A DNA stretch of 64,000 nucleotides from a bacterium (GTDB lineage Bacteria; UBA8248): contig CBDATS010000004.1 of NCBI GenBank assembly GCA_965200245.1, positions 224,001 through 288,000 on the forward strand. The letters run 5' to 3'. This document shows, piece after piece, positions 49,805-59,404 of the stretch. The notes beneath the pieces are model-generated. The model was not told the DNA's origin and made no database searches. It was given only the letters and a program-made list of their open reading frames with translations. Each line of letters opens with the position of its first letter. Position 1 is the stretch's first letter. The translations under genes and the position numbers were made by a program.

Positions 49805-50677
49805 TTATTTGCGCTGACCGCCGACCTCTTCCATCATGCCCCACTTGATGACGGTCACTTTCTCGAACTTCTCGAAGATAAACTTCTCCATCACGAACCC
49901 GACCAGAGCGATGGCCGCGATGCCGACCAGCATGAAGGCGGTGTCCAGATCCTCGCGGCTGTCGAAGATGGCGTAGCCGAGACCCCAGTCGCTCGCGGCC
50001 ACCATCTCGCCCGCGATGCCAGCACGCCAAGCGCGTGCGAGGCCGATACGGATGCCCGAGAGGATGAAAGGCAGCGAACCGGGGAAGACAACCTTCCAGA
50101 ACAGGGTCATTCCCTCGGCATTCATCGATTGCGCCGCACGTATCCACACCGGATTGATGGTCTTCACCCCCGTCCAGGTAGAGGAGATGGCCGGGAGCGC
50201 GGCGGCGAACGCGGTGATGAAGATCATCGTCGTGTTGCCGAGGCCGAACCACAGGACGAGAATCGGGCTCCACGCCAAGGCCGGTATGGGCAGCAGCATG
50301 CTCAGGATGGGGATCATGAACTTCTCGAACCAGCCAACGCGTCCCATAGCGATGCCGATCGCTATCCCCACGAAGCCCGCGATGATCATTCCCACCATGA
50401 TCCGCCAAGCAGTGTGGTAAGAGTGAACGCACAAGACGCACAAAGTCTCACCGGACCTCAGGAAAGTAACTTCGTAGAAGCGATGCAGAATGGGGAATAC
50501 ACGCGGGAACAGCGCGGGTTCACCCACAAACCAGGCGATACTCTCCCAAATCACGAGCACTGCGATAAAGCTCGGGATGTTGTCCCGAATCCACATCCAG
50601 AACTTCTCCTGCGTGGTGTACTCGGTTGGAAGTTTTACGTCATCTCTTCTGACCTCATCCGTCGCCGTCGCCATCAA
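49805..50677 (-). CDS. ABC transporter permease (TauC/SsuC-like)
   Basis: PIPALAWSP..LWFGLG, EAA-like loop RAAQSMNA, AGEM, GLGY. Confidence 0.9.
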   Translation of the reverse strand: MMATATDEVRRDDVKLPTEYTTQEKFWMWIRDNIPSFIAVLVIWESIAWFVGEPALFPRVFPILHRFYEVTFLRSGETLCVLCVHSYHTAWRIMVGMIIAGFVGIAIGIAMGRVGWFEKFMIPILSMLLPIPALAWSPILVLWFGLGNTTMIFITAFAAALPAISSTWTGVKTINPVWIRAAQSMNAEGMTLFWKVVFPGSLPFILSGIRIGLARAWRAGIAGEMVAASDWGLGYAIFDSREDLDTAFMLVGIAAIALVGFVMEKFIFEKFEKVTVIKWGMMEEVGGQRK

Positions 50678-50894
50678 CAGCCTCCTAAATCACGCGAATT
50701 TCAAATCATTTCGTATGGAATGCGTCCATGAGCTAAGTCACGAAATCATTCATCTGCTCTGGATGATTCATTGCGGGCGCATTCCGATTTGCTCAATTTC
50801 AGACTATTGTTGCAAAATTGAAACTCCAAGTCAAAATCATCGGGCAAAGATTTCATCGCTTTCGAATCATGGAATTTCGTGCGGGATCATCGCT

Positions 50895-51329
50895 TTATCC
50901 AGAACCTTTTTCGGCAATATCACGAAACCGCGCGGCCACGCTCTCGTCCGCCCCCTCGCCGATATAGGCACCGTAGGTCGAATCGTCCTCGGCGACTCCC
51001 TCGATCTGCCAGGTCGTATCCTTCGCCACGATGAATATGACGTCCTCATCGTCTGTGGCCACCATACTGTGTAGCGAATTGGCCGGTATGTGGATGATCC
51101 CCCCTTTGCCGACCGTCTTGTGCTCGCCGTCGATCATCGCCTGCAGGCGGCCCTGCTGCACGAATATGAACTGTTCGTTGGGGTGACGATGCGGCCTGCT
51201 GCCAGTCCCTGCGGGCTTGTTGATGACGCCGAATATCACGCGTTCCCCATCGACCCAGGCACCCTCGGAGGTGCTGTAGCTTGCCCCCGCCAGTTTTTGC
51301 TCCATCGTATCGGGATCGTAAAAAGGCAT
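50895..51329 (-). CDS. Cupin domain protein
   Basis: PHRHPNEQ...IHIPANSLH. Confidence 0.85.
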   Translation of the reverse strand: MPFYDPDTMEQKLAGASYSTSEGAWVDGERVIFGVINKPAGTGSRPHRHPNEQFIFVQQGRLQAMIDGEHKTVGKGGIIHIPANSLHSMVATDDEDVIFIVAKDTTWQIEGVAEDDSTYGAYIGEGADESVAARFRDIAEKGSG

Positions 51330-51396
51330 TGTCTTCCCTTTCCTCCAATCAGTTGCTCAAGGATTCATGGATACTTTCTGCTTTATACGCGATTGG

Positions 51397-52419
51397 TCAT
51401 ATTTCGCGGTACTCTGTGGCGATGGCGAACCCCTTGTTCCCCACCTCGAACGGCCCGCTGCACCTGCTGAAGAAAAGCACGCCGTCGGCCGGGCTGCGCA
51501 ATTCCTCCACCACCTCCAGGCGATAGGGGTCCAGCATTTCCCCCAAAAGCTCCCCTTCCCTCACCTTTTCACCCAGATCGGTAAAGTGCGTTTTGCGCGA
51601 GACGAGATATCCTCCGTTCGATGGGTTAACCTCAGCGCGATGGGCGACATCAAAATAGGTAATCCTCATTCTCTTCTCCTCCCCAAGGAGCATTCCGAGG
51701 TGAACGAGGAGGTTCAGGAAACCTTTTTCGAGATCGGTACGGTAGAGGTTCTCCTCGAATTCGGGCAGATAGGCACCGCCAATCTCAACGCTGACAGCGG
51801 GTATCCCCTGCGCGAGCGCATGACCCGAGGCGCTCGATTTGCTGAAGGGCACGCCGTGCACCAACCTGGCACCTCCGCTCGCGAAGGCGATTGCCATTCC
51901 GCGCGATTTTTCAGCGGGGGCACCCTGGGCGTCCGAATCCATATCCACACGCCTTTGGATTCGTCCCGCCGTCCCGCCCGAGTGAAACTCCACGAGATAG
52001 TCCGCGCCTTCAATCAAGGTTTCACGAATCTTTTGCGCGTAGCGTTGCGTGAGTGTCCCCTTGGCAGAACCTGGAAACACCCCCCAAAGGTTCGTATGTT
52101 CGTGCTGGTCCGGTGATTGCCGCGAGAAATTCGAAAAAGCGAATGGATTCGCCACCGGCACGAGTTGCAAGGCACCGCTCAACCGCGCGCGATCGATTTG
52201 CACCAATACGTTCTGAAATGCGCGAATCGGCTGCGGCTCATCCCCGTGGACGCACGCCAGAACGGAGAGGGTGGGGCCGGGCTTCGCTCCCCGCACGCAA
52301 TGAAGGGGCAGACCCGTCTCAGAACCCGTGAGCATCCGCGCCACCGGGATATTCACGTATTCATAGTCTCCGGGGGCTATCGTAGCGCCTTCGATTTCCC
52401 AGACGTCCGCTCCGTTCAA
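51397..52419 (-). CDS. M14 succinylglutamate desuccinylase/aspartoacylase family protein
   Basis: HGDE, VANP, FPG, FHSG, EIGG, C-terminal barrel. Confidence 0.88.
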   Translation of the reverse strand: MNGADVWEIEGATIAPGDYEYVNIPVARMLTGSETGLPLHCVRGAKPGPTLSVLACVHGDEPQPIRAFQNVLVQIDRARLSGALQLVPVANPFAFSNFSRQSPDQHEHTNLWGVFPGSAKGTLTQRYAQKIRETLIEGADYLVEFHSGGTAGRIQRRVDMDSDAQGAPAEKSRGMAIAFASGGARLVHGVPFSKSSASGHALAQGIPAVSVEIGGAYLPEFEENLYRTDLEKGFLNLLVHLGMLLGEEKRMRITYFDVAHRAEVNPSNGGYLVSRKTHFTDLGEKVREGELLGEMLDPYRLEVVEELRSPADGVLFFSRCSGPFEVGNKGFAIATEYREI

Positions 52420-52420
52420 A

Positions 52421-53422
52421 CTAATGCCCCCTGATCTCGGAAACCTCCACTACGCGCCCGCTTTTCGCGCTTTCGATGATCGCCTCCAAGACGGCCACCA
52501 CTTCGCGCGCGGCCTTGCCGTCCGTCTCAGGCGTAGTTTCGCCGCGGATGCACTTGCCGAATTCCTGGATTTCCTCTGCGAGTGCATCGCCGCCGTCCAC
52601 GGAGATCTCGCTCCTTTGGGTTTCGTCTTTTTTCTGCAAATAGAGTCGCTCGCCCTCGTCTTCACTCCATGCGGAGCCTTCGGTACCGTGAGCCAAGGTC
52701 GTGCATTGCTTGGAGGTGACATAGCATGTGGTGATGTAGCCGAGCGGACCGCTCTCGTATTCCAGGATGATGTTCGTCACGTCATCGAGATTGCCCTTGC
52801 CAAGCAGCGGCTTGCTGAACGCACTCACCCGTTTCGCCGGACCTGCGAGGTACTGCAGGTTGTCCACCATGTGGACGCCCAGCCCCGTCATACCCCCCGC
52901 CGGGCATTCCGCTGGGTCATTTCGCCAACCGCCCCTAGGGTTCTGTCCGTTCGGATTGGAGAGGTTCGCCTCCAGGACGTGGATCATCCCGAGCGTGTCC
53001 TCGTCTATCATCCCGCGTATCCTGCGGTTCGCGCCCTGCCGTCTCCTGTGGTGCCCGACGAGGAGCGTGACGCCTGCGCTCTCGGTGGCATCGATACACT
53101 TGTCCGCCTCGGCCACCGTCAGGGTGAGCGGCTTCTCGACGAAAACATGCTTGCCCGCCGATGCGGCCTGCGTTATCAAGTCCGTATGCGTGGAATGAGG
53201 CGTGGCGATGAGAATCCCCTCCACCTCGCTGTCCTTCAGGACTTCATCGTAAGACGCCGCTGGACGGCAACCGAATTTCTCTGCGAATTCCTGGCGCGCC
53301 GATTCGGTTCTCGTGAAACACCGGATAATTTCCACGTTTCCCGCCCTTTTCGCTGCATTCGCCAGCATGTTCCCCCAATTGGCCAGCCCTATCGACGCCA
53401 ACCGTACTTTACCGTTCGCCAT
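52421..53422 (-). CDS. Gfo/Idh/MocA family oxidoreductase (paralog of 22043-23041)
   Basis: ATPHSTH, GKHVFVEKPL, GLGVHMVDNLQYLAGP. Confidence 0.92.
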   Translation of the reverse strand: MANGKVRLASIGLANWGNMLANAAKRAGNVEIIRCFTRTESARQEFAEKFGCRPAASYDEVLKDSEVEGILIATPHSTHTDLITQAASAGKHVFVEKPLTLTVAEADKCIDATESAGVTLLVGHHRRRQGANRRIRGMIDEDTLGMIHVLEANLSNPNGQNPRGGWRNDPAECPAGGMTGLGVHMVDNLQYLAGPAKRVSAFSKPLLGKGNLDDVTNIILEYESGPLGYITTCYVTSKQCTTLAHGTEGSAWSEDEGERLYLQKKDETQRSEISVDGGDALAEEIQEFGKCIRGETTPETDGKAAREVVAVLEAIIESAKSGRVVEVSEIRGH

Positions 53423-53648
53423 AACAACCCCCATTTCGTTAAACAAGTGCCGAAGAAAGTTCTGCGCTCATTGCCCGGAAAATGCCGGAGTGCGCCTCAT
53501 ATTTTGCTGAACATAATTTGTCAGAAGCGACGGGAAAGAGTAACATTCATGACTTGGGTTCAACAAACCTGACAACAAAATTTTTCGATCCGTGGTGACT
53601 CACCAATAACTCTACGTGGGTAGTTTAGTCAAAAAAGGAGTGTATCGG

Positions 53649-54476
53649 ATGCCGTTTCATCGTTTCGAAGAAATTGAGAAAAAAGCCGTTTCTCCCCACC
53701 TCTCCTCCGGCCAGGGAGCCATCGTGGAGGGGGAATACATGTACTTCTGCCAGGTAAGCAAGGTGGCTGGCACGGGTTCCCAAATTCATTATCACCCCAA
53801 TGAACTCATGATTTTCCCCGTCAGAGGGAAAATTAACGCCCTCGTCGGCAAGGACAGGAGGGTCGTCACGCTAGGCACCTTCGTGCACGTACCCGCGTAC
53901 GCCCAACATCAGATGATCGCCACCGAGGACGGTGACATGGACTACCTCTATGTGAAGGACCGTTCCTGGACTGTCGTGGGGCTCGACAGGGACCAGGTCG
54001 TGCCGGACAAGGCGCTCACCGTCGATGAAATCAACGAGCAATATGAAGACGGCACTGCCGACGACGTAGAAAGAGACGCCGAAAAGGCGCAAATCATCGT
54101 CGATGGCCTGAACAATTCCTACTACCCCATCCTCCCCTCCCTCGATGCACCCGCATCTTCGGGACGTCATACCGTATGGATCGAAGGCGAGCGCCTCGCG
54201 TTCGGCTACGGGGAAATACCCGCAGGCTTCTCTGGGGAAACCGCCGAGAACGCGCACGAACAATTCGTTTACGTCCTGATGGGAGTCATTGACGCCCAGG
54301 TGGACGACGACCACCAGCAGGCGGGTCCCGGCTCCATCATTCACATCCCGAAAGGATCGAAGCAGAACCTCTCCACCCAGAGCGGGCAACACGCACGCTA
54401 TGCGTCGGTGCGGGCCATGCCGAAACTCGAAGAGATGCTGAGAGAAAAAGCGGTGGCCGTGGCAGCGGAAAACTAG
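53649..54476 (+). CDS. Bicupin protein
   Basis: HYHPNE...QH in domain 1; degenerate HEQ in domain 2. Confidence 0.82.
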   Translation: MPFHRFEEIEKKAVSPHLSSGQGAIVEGEYMYFCQVSKVAGTGSQIHYHPNELMIFPVRGKINALVGKDRRVVTLGTFVHVPAYAQHQMIATEDGDMDYLYVKDRSWTVVGLDRDQVVPDKALTVDEINEQYEDGTADDVERDAEKAQIIVDGLNNSYYPILPSLDAPASSGRHTVWIEGERLAFGYGEIPAGFSGETAENAHEQFVYVLMGVIDAQVDDDHQQAGPGSIIHIPKGSKQNLSTQSGQHARYASVRAMPKLEEMLREKAVAVAAEN

Positions 54477-54493
54477 GTCGGGGCGAATCACGT

Positions 54494-54892
54494 ATGGCGA
54501 AATACCTGGTTTGCAAAATAACGGAACTTCCCCCCGGCGCACGCAAGATAGTCGAGGTTGCGGGCCGATCCATCGGCGTGTTCAACATCAAGAACTCCCT
54601 CTATGCGGTCAGGAATTCCTGCCCGCACCAAGGCGCACCGCTGTGTCTCGGCAAGGTCAAAGGGACGATGAAATCCTCCAGGCCGCATTCTTACGAATAC
54701 GTGATGGACGAGCAGGTTCTCGTGTGCCCCTGGCACTGCTGGGAGTTCGACATCACGAACGGGCGTTCTGTCTTTAACCCCCACAGGATGCGCGTCAAGA
54801 CCTACGAAGTCACGCTCGAAGCAGAAGAAGACCCCTCTATCGAGACCTACGAAGTCACGATCGAAAAGGATCTGGTGATGGTGTACGTGTGA
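54494..54892 (+). CDS. Rieske [2Fe-2S] ferredoxin
   Basis: CPH...CPWH with a long insert. Confidence 0.92.
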   Translation: MAKYLVCKITELPPGARKIVEVAGRSIGVFNIKNSLYAVRNSCPHQGAPLCLGKVKGTMKSSRPHSYEYVMDEQVLVCPWHCWEFDITNGRSVFNPHRMRVKTYEVTLEAEEDPSIETYEVTIEKDLVMVYV

Positions 54893-54920
54893 TCCCGACT
54901 CACAGAAGACGAGGGCGCAA

Positions 54921-56018
54921 ATGAGAAAAATCGAGAAAATAGAACTCTTCCCTGTCGCCATACCGCTCAACCATCCCTACAAGAGCGCCACGCGGACCGC
55001 GACGCATTCAGAAGACATCGTCGTGAAAATCACCTGCGAGGGCCTTTCGGGCTGGGGAGGAGCACCGCTTCGTTCATTTCCGACCGGAGAGACACTCAAG
55101 AGCGCTTACCAGATACTTGATGAATACCTGGTTCCCGCGATCGCCGAATGCAATCCATTCGATCGCGAACTCATCGTCCACAGGATGGACAAGGCCATGC
55201 CCTTCCACCATTCGCCGAAAGCGGCTATCGATTGCGCGGTGCACGACCTTATCGGGCGTATGCTGGGTTGTCCGGTCTACGATCTGCTGGGCGGAAAAAT
55301 CCGGGACGAGATGCCCGCTTTCGACATCCTGCCCCTTGAATCGCCCGAAAGAACCGCCGAGTTAGCAGCGGAATCCATGGCCTTGGGAATCACCTCGTTC
55401 AAGGTGAAGATGAACCGCGACACGAAGACGAGTATCGCGCGCGTGGCGGCGGCCAGAGAAGCGGCCGGGGACGAGGCGCACATCGTCGTCGACGCGAACA
55501 TGAGCTGGACACCCAAGCTCGCCGTGCAGATGTGCGCGCGCATCGAGGACTACGGCGTCACCATGGTCGAACAGCCCGTGCCCGGCAACGACCTCGACGG
55601 TCTGGAATTCGTTACCAGGAACACGCGCATCCCCATCTGTGCGGACGAGTCGTTCCGCCCCGATTATCTAGCCCAAATCGCCCGCAGGCGCGCCGCCGAC
55701 ATCGTGAACCTGAAGGTGAACCGTGAGGGCGGGCTGCTTCACGCGAAAAAGGCCGCCGCCCTCATCGAAATTCACGGCATCGAGGGCATCTGCGGCAGCG
55801 TGATCCACAGCGCACTGAACGATGCCGCCTGCGCGCACCTTTTCGCCTCGACCCCTTCCATCGTCTACAACGAATCCGGCAAGTCCCCCGCCTGGCATAA
55901 CGAGGACATCGTAACGGGCTTCGAGGCGCAAGGCGGTACAGTCAAGGTTCCCGAAGGTCCCGGCCTGGGGGTGGAAGTGAACGAGGAGGCGGTGCAAAAA
56001 TTCCGCCTCGATCTGTAA
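54921..56018 (+). CDS. Enolase superfamily, muconate cycloisomerase/epimerase-like
   Basis: KVK, DAN, EQP, DES, NLK, GPGLG. Confidence 0.9.
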   Translation: MRKIEKIELFPVAIPLNHPYKSATRTATHSEDIVVKITCEGLSGWGGAPLRSFPTGETLKSAYQILDEYLVPAIAECNPFDRELIVHRMDKAMPFHHSPKAAIDCAVHDLIGRMLGCPVYDLLGGKIRDEMPAFDILPLESPERTAELAAESMALGITSFKVKMNRDTKTSIARVAAAREAAGDEAHIVVDANMSWTPKLAVQMCARIEDYGVTMVEQPVPGNDLDGLEFVTRNTRIPICADESFRPDYLAQIARRRAADIVNLKVNREGGLLHAKKAAALIEIHGIEGICGSVIHSALNDAACAHLFASTPSIVYNESGKSPAWHNEDIVTGFEAQGGTVKVPEGPGLGVEVNEEAVQKFRLDL

Positions 56019-56094
56019 CAGGCAAACCTTTCCGGCCGTTCGACACAGACGTAGCCAACCCCGGAAGCAACCCTGCCTTTTTGTGATCTCCGGC

Positions 56095-57240
56095 TCAGAG
56101 CTTGTGGCCGTAGAGTTCCTCGGCGCTTTCGTGATAGATGCGGTGCCTCATGTCGTCCGATACCTCCTGAAACACCTGTCTGGGGTTGTCGAAATCCCAA
56201 TGCGGATAATCGGACGCGAATAGCAGCGTCTTCTCCGCTCTCGCCATCCTGAGAATCTGGCGATGATCCTCATTCGTGGGCGGCTCGGCGATGGGCTGCG
56301 TCGTCAGCCGGACATGGTCGACGATGTATTCGCTCGGTGGACGCTCCAGCCAGGGAACCTCCGCACGCAGCGAGCGCCACTCCTGATCGAAGCGCCACAT
56401 GATGCTCGGCAGCCAGGCGTAGCCCATCTCCTGAAAGACGACCTTGAGCTTCGGGAAGCGCACGAATACACCCTCGCACACCATGCTGATGACCTGCGCC
56501 TGGGCTATCGTCACCGCGCCCGTGTGCACCTCGATGTAGTAGGCGGGAATTCCACCCGGGTTCATGGGCGTGTTGACGCCCGCCGCTTCTCCCGCGCCGT
56601 GCATCCCGACAGGCAGGCCCATGGCTTCGGCGGCCTCGTAGATGGGATAATAGTGGCGGTTTCCCATCAACACGTCTATCTGTGGAATCTGTACTTGCAC
56701 CACATCGGGATGAGAACCAATCCTCTCGATTTCCCTGGCTGCGAGCCCCGGGTCGCGCGGGCCGACGTGTATCGCTAGCTTCAGGCGGGGTTCCGGCTCG
56801 CACCACTCGTGCAGCAGCCAGTCGTTGTTCGCGGAAATAAAGGCGGCCGCCATGTCGGCGTCTGGCAATCCGCCGATGCCGAACAGATCGCCTGCGATGA
56901 GGATGCCGACGTCGATACCGTATTTGTCCAGATGGTGGGAGCGCAGCATGTCGAGACTCGATCCCGGCCTCCCGCCGTCGGGCGGCAGGGCGTCGGGACG
57001 TTCGGCCCCGTGGGGATGGTAGTACCAGCGCTTGGGTATGGAGAAGACGTTTCGCGCGGTGTTGGGATCCTTGGCGGAACTGAGCGGTGCCACGCCCATG
57101 CGCTTGCGCCACGATTCGGACAGGTACGGGTGCAGCTGGTGCATGCCGTTCATTCTCGGATGGATGTCCGCATCGATGATCTTGAACTTCACCGCATCCG
57201 CCGATTCCGGCGCCATCGCTTCAAGTCCGAGCTCGCTCAT
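56095..57240 (-). CDS. Amidohydrolase_2-fold protein, possible dinuclear oxygenase subunit
   Basis: IIDADIH, GMH, QEMG, ASDYPHWDFD. Confidence 0.85.
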   Translation of the reverse strand: MSELGLEAMAPESADAVKFKIIDADIHPRMNGMHQLHPYLSESWRKRMGVAPLSSAKDPNTARNVFSIPKRWYYHPHGAERPDALPPDGGRPGSSLDMLRSHHLDKYGIDVGILIAGDLFGIGGLPDADMAAAFISANNDWLLHEWCEPEPRLKLAIHVGPRDPGLAAREIERIGSHPDVVQVQIPQIDVLMGNRHYYPIYEAAEAMGLPVGMHGAGEAAGVNTPMNPGGIPAYYIEVHTGAVTIAQAQVISMVCEGVFVRFPKLKVVFQEMGYAWLPSIMWRFDQEWRSLRAEVPWLERPPSEYIVDHVRLTTQPIAEPPTNEDHRQILRMARAEKTLLFASDYPHWDFDNPRQVFQEVSDDMRHRIYHESAEELYGHKL

Positions 57241-57283
57241 TTCAGGCCCCTCTTGGGTCAAAAACTCGAAAATCTGTGTCGCC

Positions 57284-58627
57284 CTAAAGATCGGGAAATG
57301 CCGCCTGCCAGCCCATTTCCTCCTCGAACCACCTCGCCATAGCCAGGAGTTTCTCCTCTCCACAACGCATCGCGCCGAACTGGATGCCCAACGGGAGGTT
57401 CATACCCCCGCGCCCCAGAGGCAGGGTGATAGCGGGTTGCCCCGAAAAGGTGAGCGGCTGCAAAAAGGCGGGCGATCCGGTGGATTCCGCCCAGGGCAGC
57501 GGTCCCGCTTCGAAACTCGGCAGGACGAACAGATCATATCGTTCCATGAGAGCGTCCATTTTCCGCATAAAACTCGCCCGAACACGCAGCGCCTTCGCGT
57601 AGTGAACCGCGGGCGTCATGTACCCGATTGTGAGGCTCCTTCGCACGTAAGGCGGGAGTTCGTGCCTGTGCGCCTCATATAATTCCTGGTGGTAAGCGGC
57701 GGAATCCACGCACCTGGCGATGAAATGCGCCGCGTTTATCTCATCCATGCTCAAAGGAAGCTCAATCTCGTGGACTTCGACGCCCCTGGATGTAATCTGT
57801 CCTACTGCCCGCTCGGTCCACTCGGCGACTTCTTCGCTCGCCAGCGCGAGCAAATGCTTAAAGTACGCGATTTTCCCGGGCTTTCCAGGCGTAATGTTCG
57901 CAAGAGGCGGCGGAGCGTTCACAGCACCGTGATCCGCGCCGTCGGGACCCGCCGCCACCTCCAGAATCCTTGCGATGTCCTCGACGGTGCGCGCGATGAT
58001 TCCTACATGATCGAAATTCCACGATACGGCAATGACGCCCGTCCTGGGAATGCGCCCGTAGGTGGGTTTCAAACCCGGCACCCCGCAATACGCGGCGGGA
58101 CGCAGGGTGGAACCCGTCGTTTGGCTGCCGAGTGCTGCGGGAACCATACCTGCGCCCACGGCGGCAGCGGAACCGCTGCTCGAACCACCCGGGCTTCGTT
58201 CAAGATTCCAGGGATTGCGGGTGATGGAGGGATCCCCTTGCGCAAAGGGCGTCGTTACCGCCTTGCCGAGGGCAATTGCGCCCGCGTTCCTCAAGCGTGC
58301 CACACAGCTGGCGTCCTCGGCGGTAGTTCGTCCCTCGAAAATATGCGTTCCGGCTTCAAGTTTCAGTCCCCGAATGGCGAAAATATCCTTCGCGGCATAC
58401 GGCGCGCCGGCCAGAGGCCCCAACACTCCCCCGGCGTTTCTGGCGTCGTCTACCGCATTCGCCGCCAGAAGAGCGCCCTCCCTGTCCACCTGCACCCACG
58501 CCTTCACCTGCCCTTCACAAGCGTCAATGCGTAACAGCAGAGAACACACCCACTCCGTCGCGGTAAGGGCACCCTCCTCCATCCTGCTTAAGCCCTCGCT
58601 CAGCGATAGACGCCAGTGTTCACTCAT
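57284..58627 (-). CDS. Amidase (AS family)
   Basis: KD, PGGSSSGS, GSQTTGSTLRPA. Confidence 0.92.
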   Translation of the reverse strand: MSEHWRLSLSEGLSRMEEGALTATEWVCSLLLRIDACEGQVKAWVQVDREGALLAANAVDDARNAGGVLGPLAGAPYAAKDIFAIRGLKLEAGTHIFEGRTTAEDASCVARLRNAGAIALGKAVTTPFAQGDPSITRNPWNLERSPGGSSSGSAAAVGAGMVPAALGSQTTGSTLRPAAYCGVPGLKPTYGRIPRTGVIAVSWNFDHVGIIARTVEDIARILEVAAGPDGADHGAVNAPPPLANITPGKPGKIAYFKHLLALASEEVAEWTERAVGQITSRGVEVHEIELPLSMDEINAAHFIARCVDSAAYHQELYEAHRHELPPYVRRSLTIGYMTPAVHYAKALRVRASFMRKMDALMERYDLFVLPSFEAGPLPWAESTGSPAFLQPLTFSGQPAITLPLGRGGMNLPLGIQFGAMRCGEEKLLAMARWFEEEMGWQAAFPDL

Positions 58628-58833
58628 TCCGCACCTTCATCGGCATTCTGGTTTTTCAGAGTGGGGATAAACGGTTCATCCGTGTTTTCCACGGGTATAT
58701 CGGAGAGAATCCGGATCATCTGCGCGCAATCGTCTGCCGTCTTGAGGCCGAGCTCATCCTGGGGCACGCCGAAGATGGAGAGGGCCATCTCACCGATTTG
58801 CGCCGCTAGTTTCTCTTGCCGTTCCGGCGACAT
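58624..58833 (-). CDS. Small protein coupled to the amidase (GatC/AtzG-like?)
   Basis: GGAG RBS, ATGA overlap with the amidase start, C-terminal EP motif. Confidence 0.55.
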   Translation of the reverse strand: MSPERQEKLAAQIGEMALSIFGVPQDELGLKTADDCAQMIRILSDIPVENTDEPFIPTLKNQNADEGAE

Positions 58834-58951
58834 CTTCTCCCCTCGTCACACAAACTCAAGTCTCATGAGCATCACGAATTGGGCATCTCGAATAAAATGC
58901 ATCATACTATAAAGGAGTTGCCGGGACGAAGGGGGATGAGAGGGAAAACAC

Positions 58952-59404
58952 ATGAAAATCTGGGTGGATGCGGACGCATGCCCGCAAGAGGTCAAGGAAA
59001 TTCTCTACAAGACCGCAGATCGTCTCGACATCCCCACCGTGCTCGTGGCGAACATGAAGCTCAGGACGCCGGAAATCCCCTCGGTTTCCATGATTCAGGT
59101 TCCCGGCGGAGCGGACGCCGCTGATAAGCACATCGTCGAGCACTTGAGCGCGGGCGATTTCGTCATCACAGCGGATGTTCCTTTCACGGCGAAGGCGGTG
59201 GAAAAAGGCGCGCTGGCCATCGATCCCAGAGGCGAGGTCTATACCGAGGAAAACGTGGGCGAGCGGCTTTCCTTGAGAAACTTCATGATGGATATGCGCT
59301 CGGGCGGGCTCGTACAGGGCGGACCGCCGCCCATGGCCGTAGCGGATCGCCACAAATTTGCAGCGGCCCTCGACAGGGAATTGACGAGAAGAAGAAACGC
59401 CTAG
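58952..59404 (+). CDS. YaiI/YqxD (UPF0178) family protein
   Basis: IWVDADACP, DAAD, VITAD, PRG, GGP. Confidence 0.92.
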   Translation: MKIWVDADACPQEVKEILYKTADRLDIPTVLVANMKLRTPEIPSVSMIQVPGGADAADKHIVEHLSAGDFVITADVPFTAKAVEKGALAIDPRGEVYTEENVGERLSLRNFMMDMRSGGLVQGGPPPMAVADRHKFAAALDRELTRRRNA

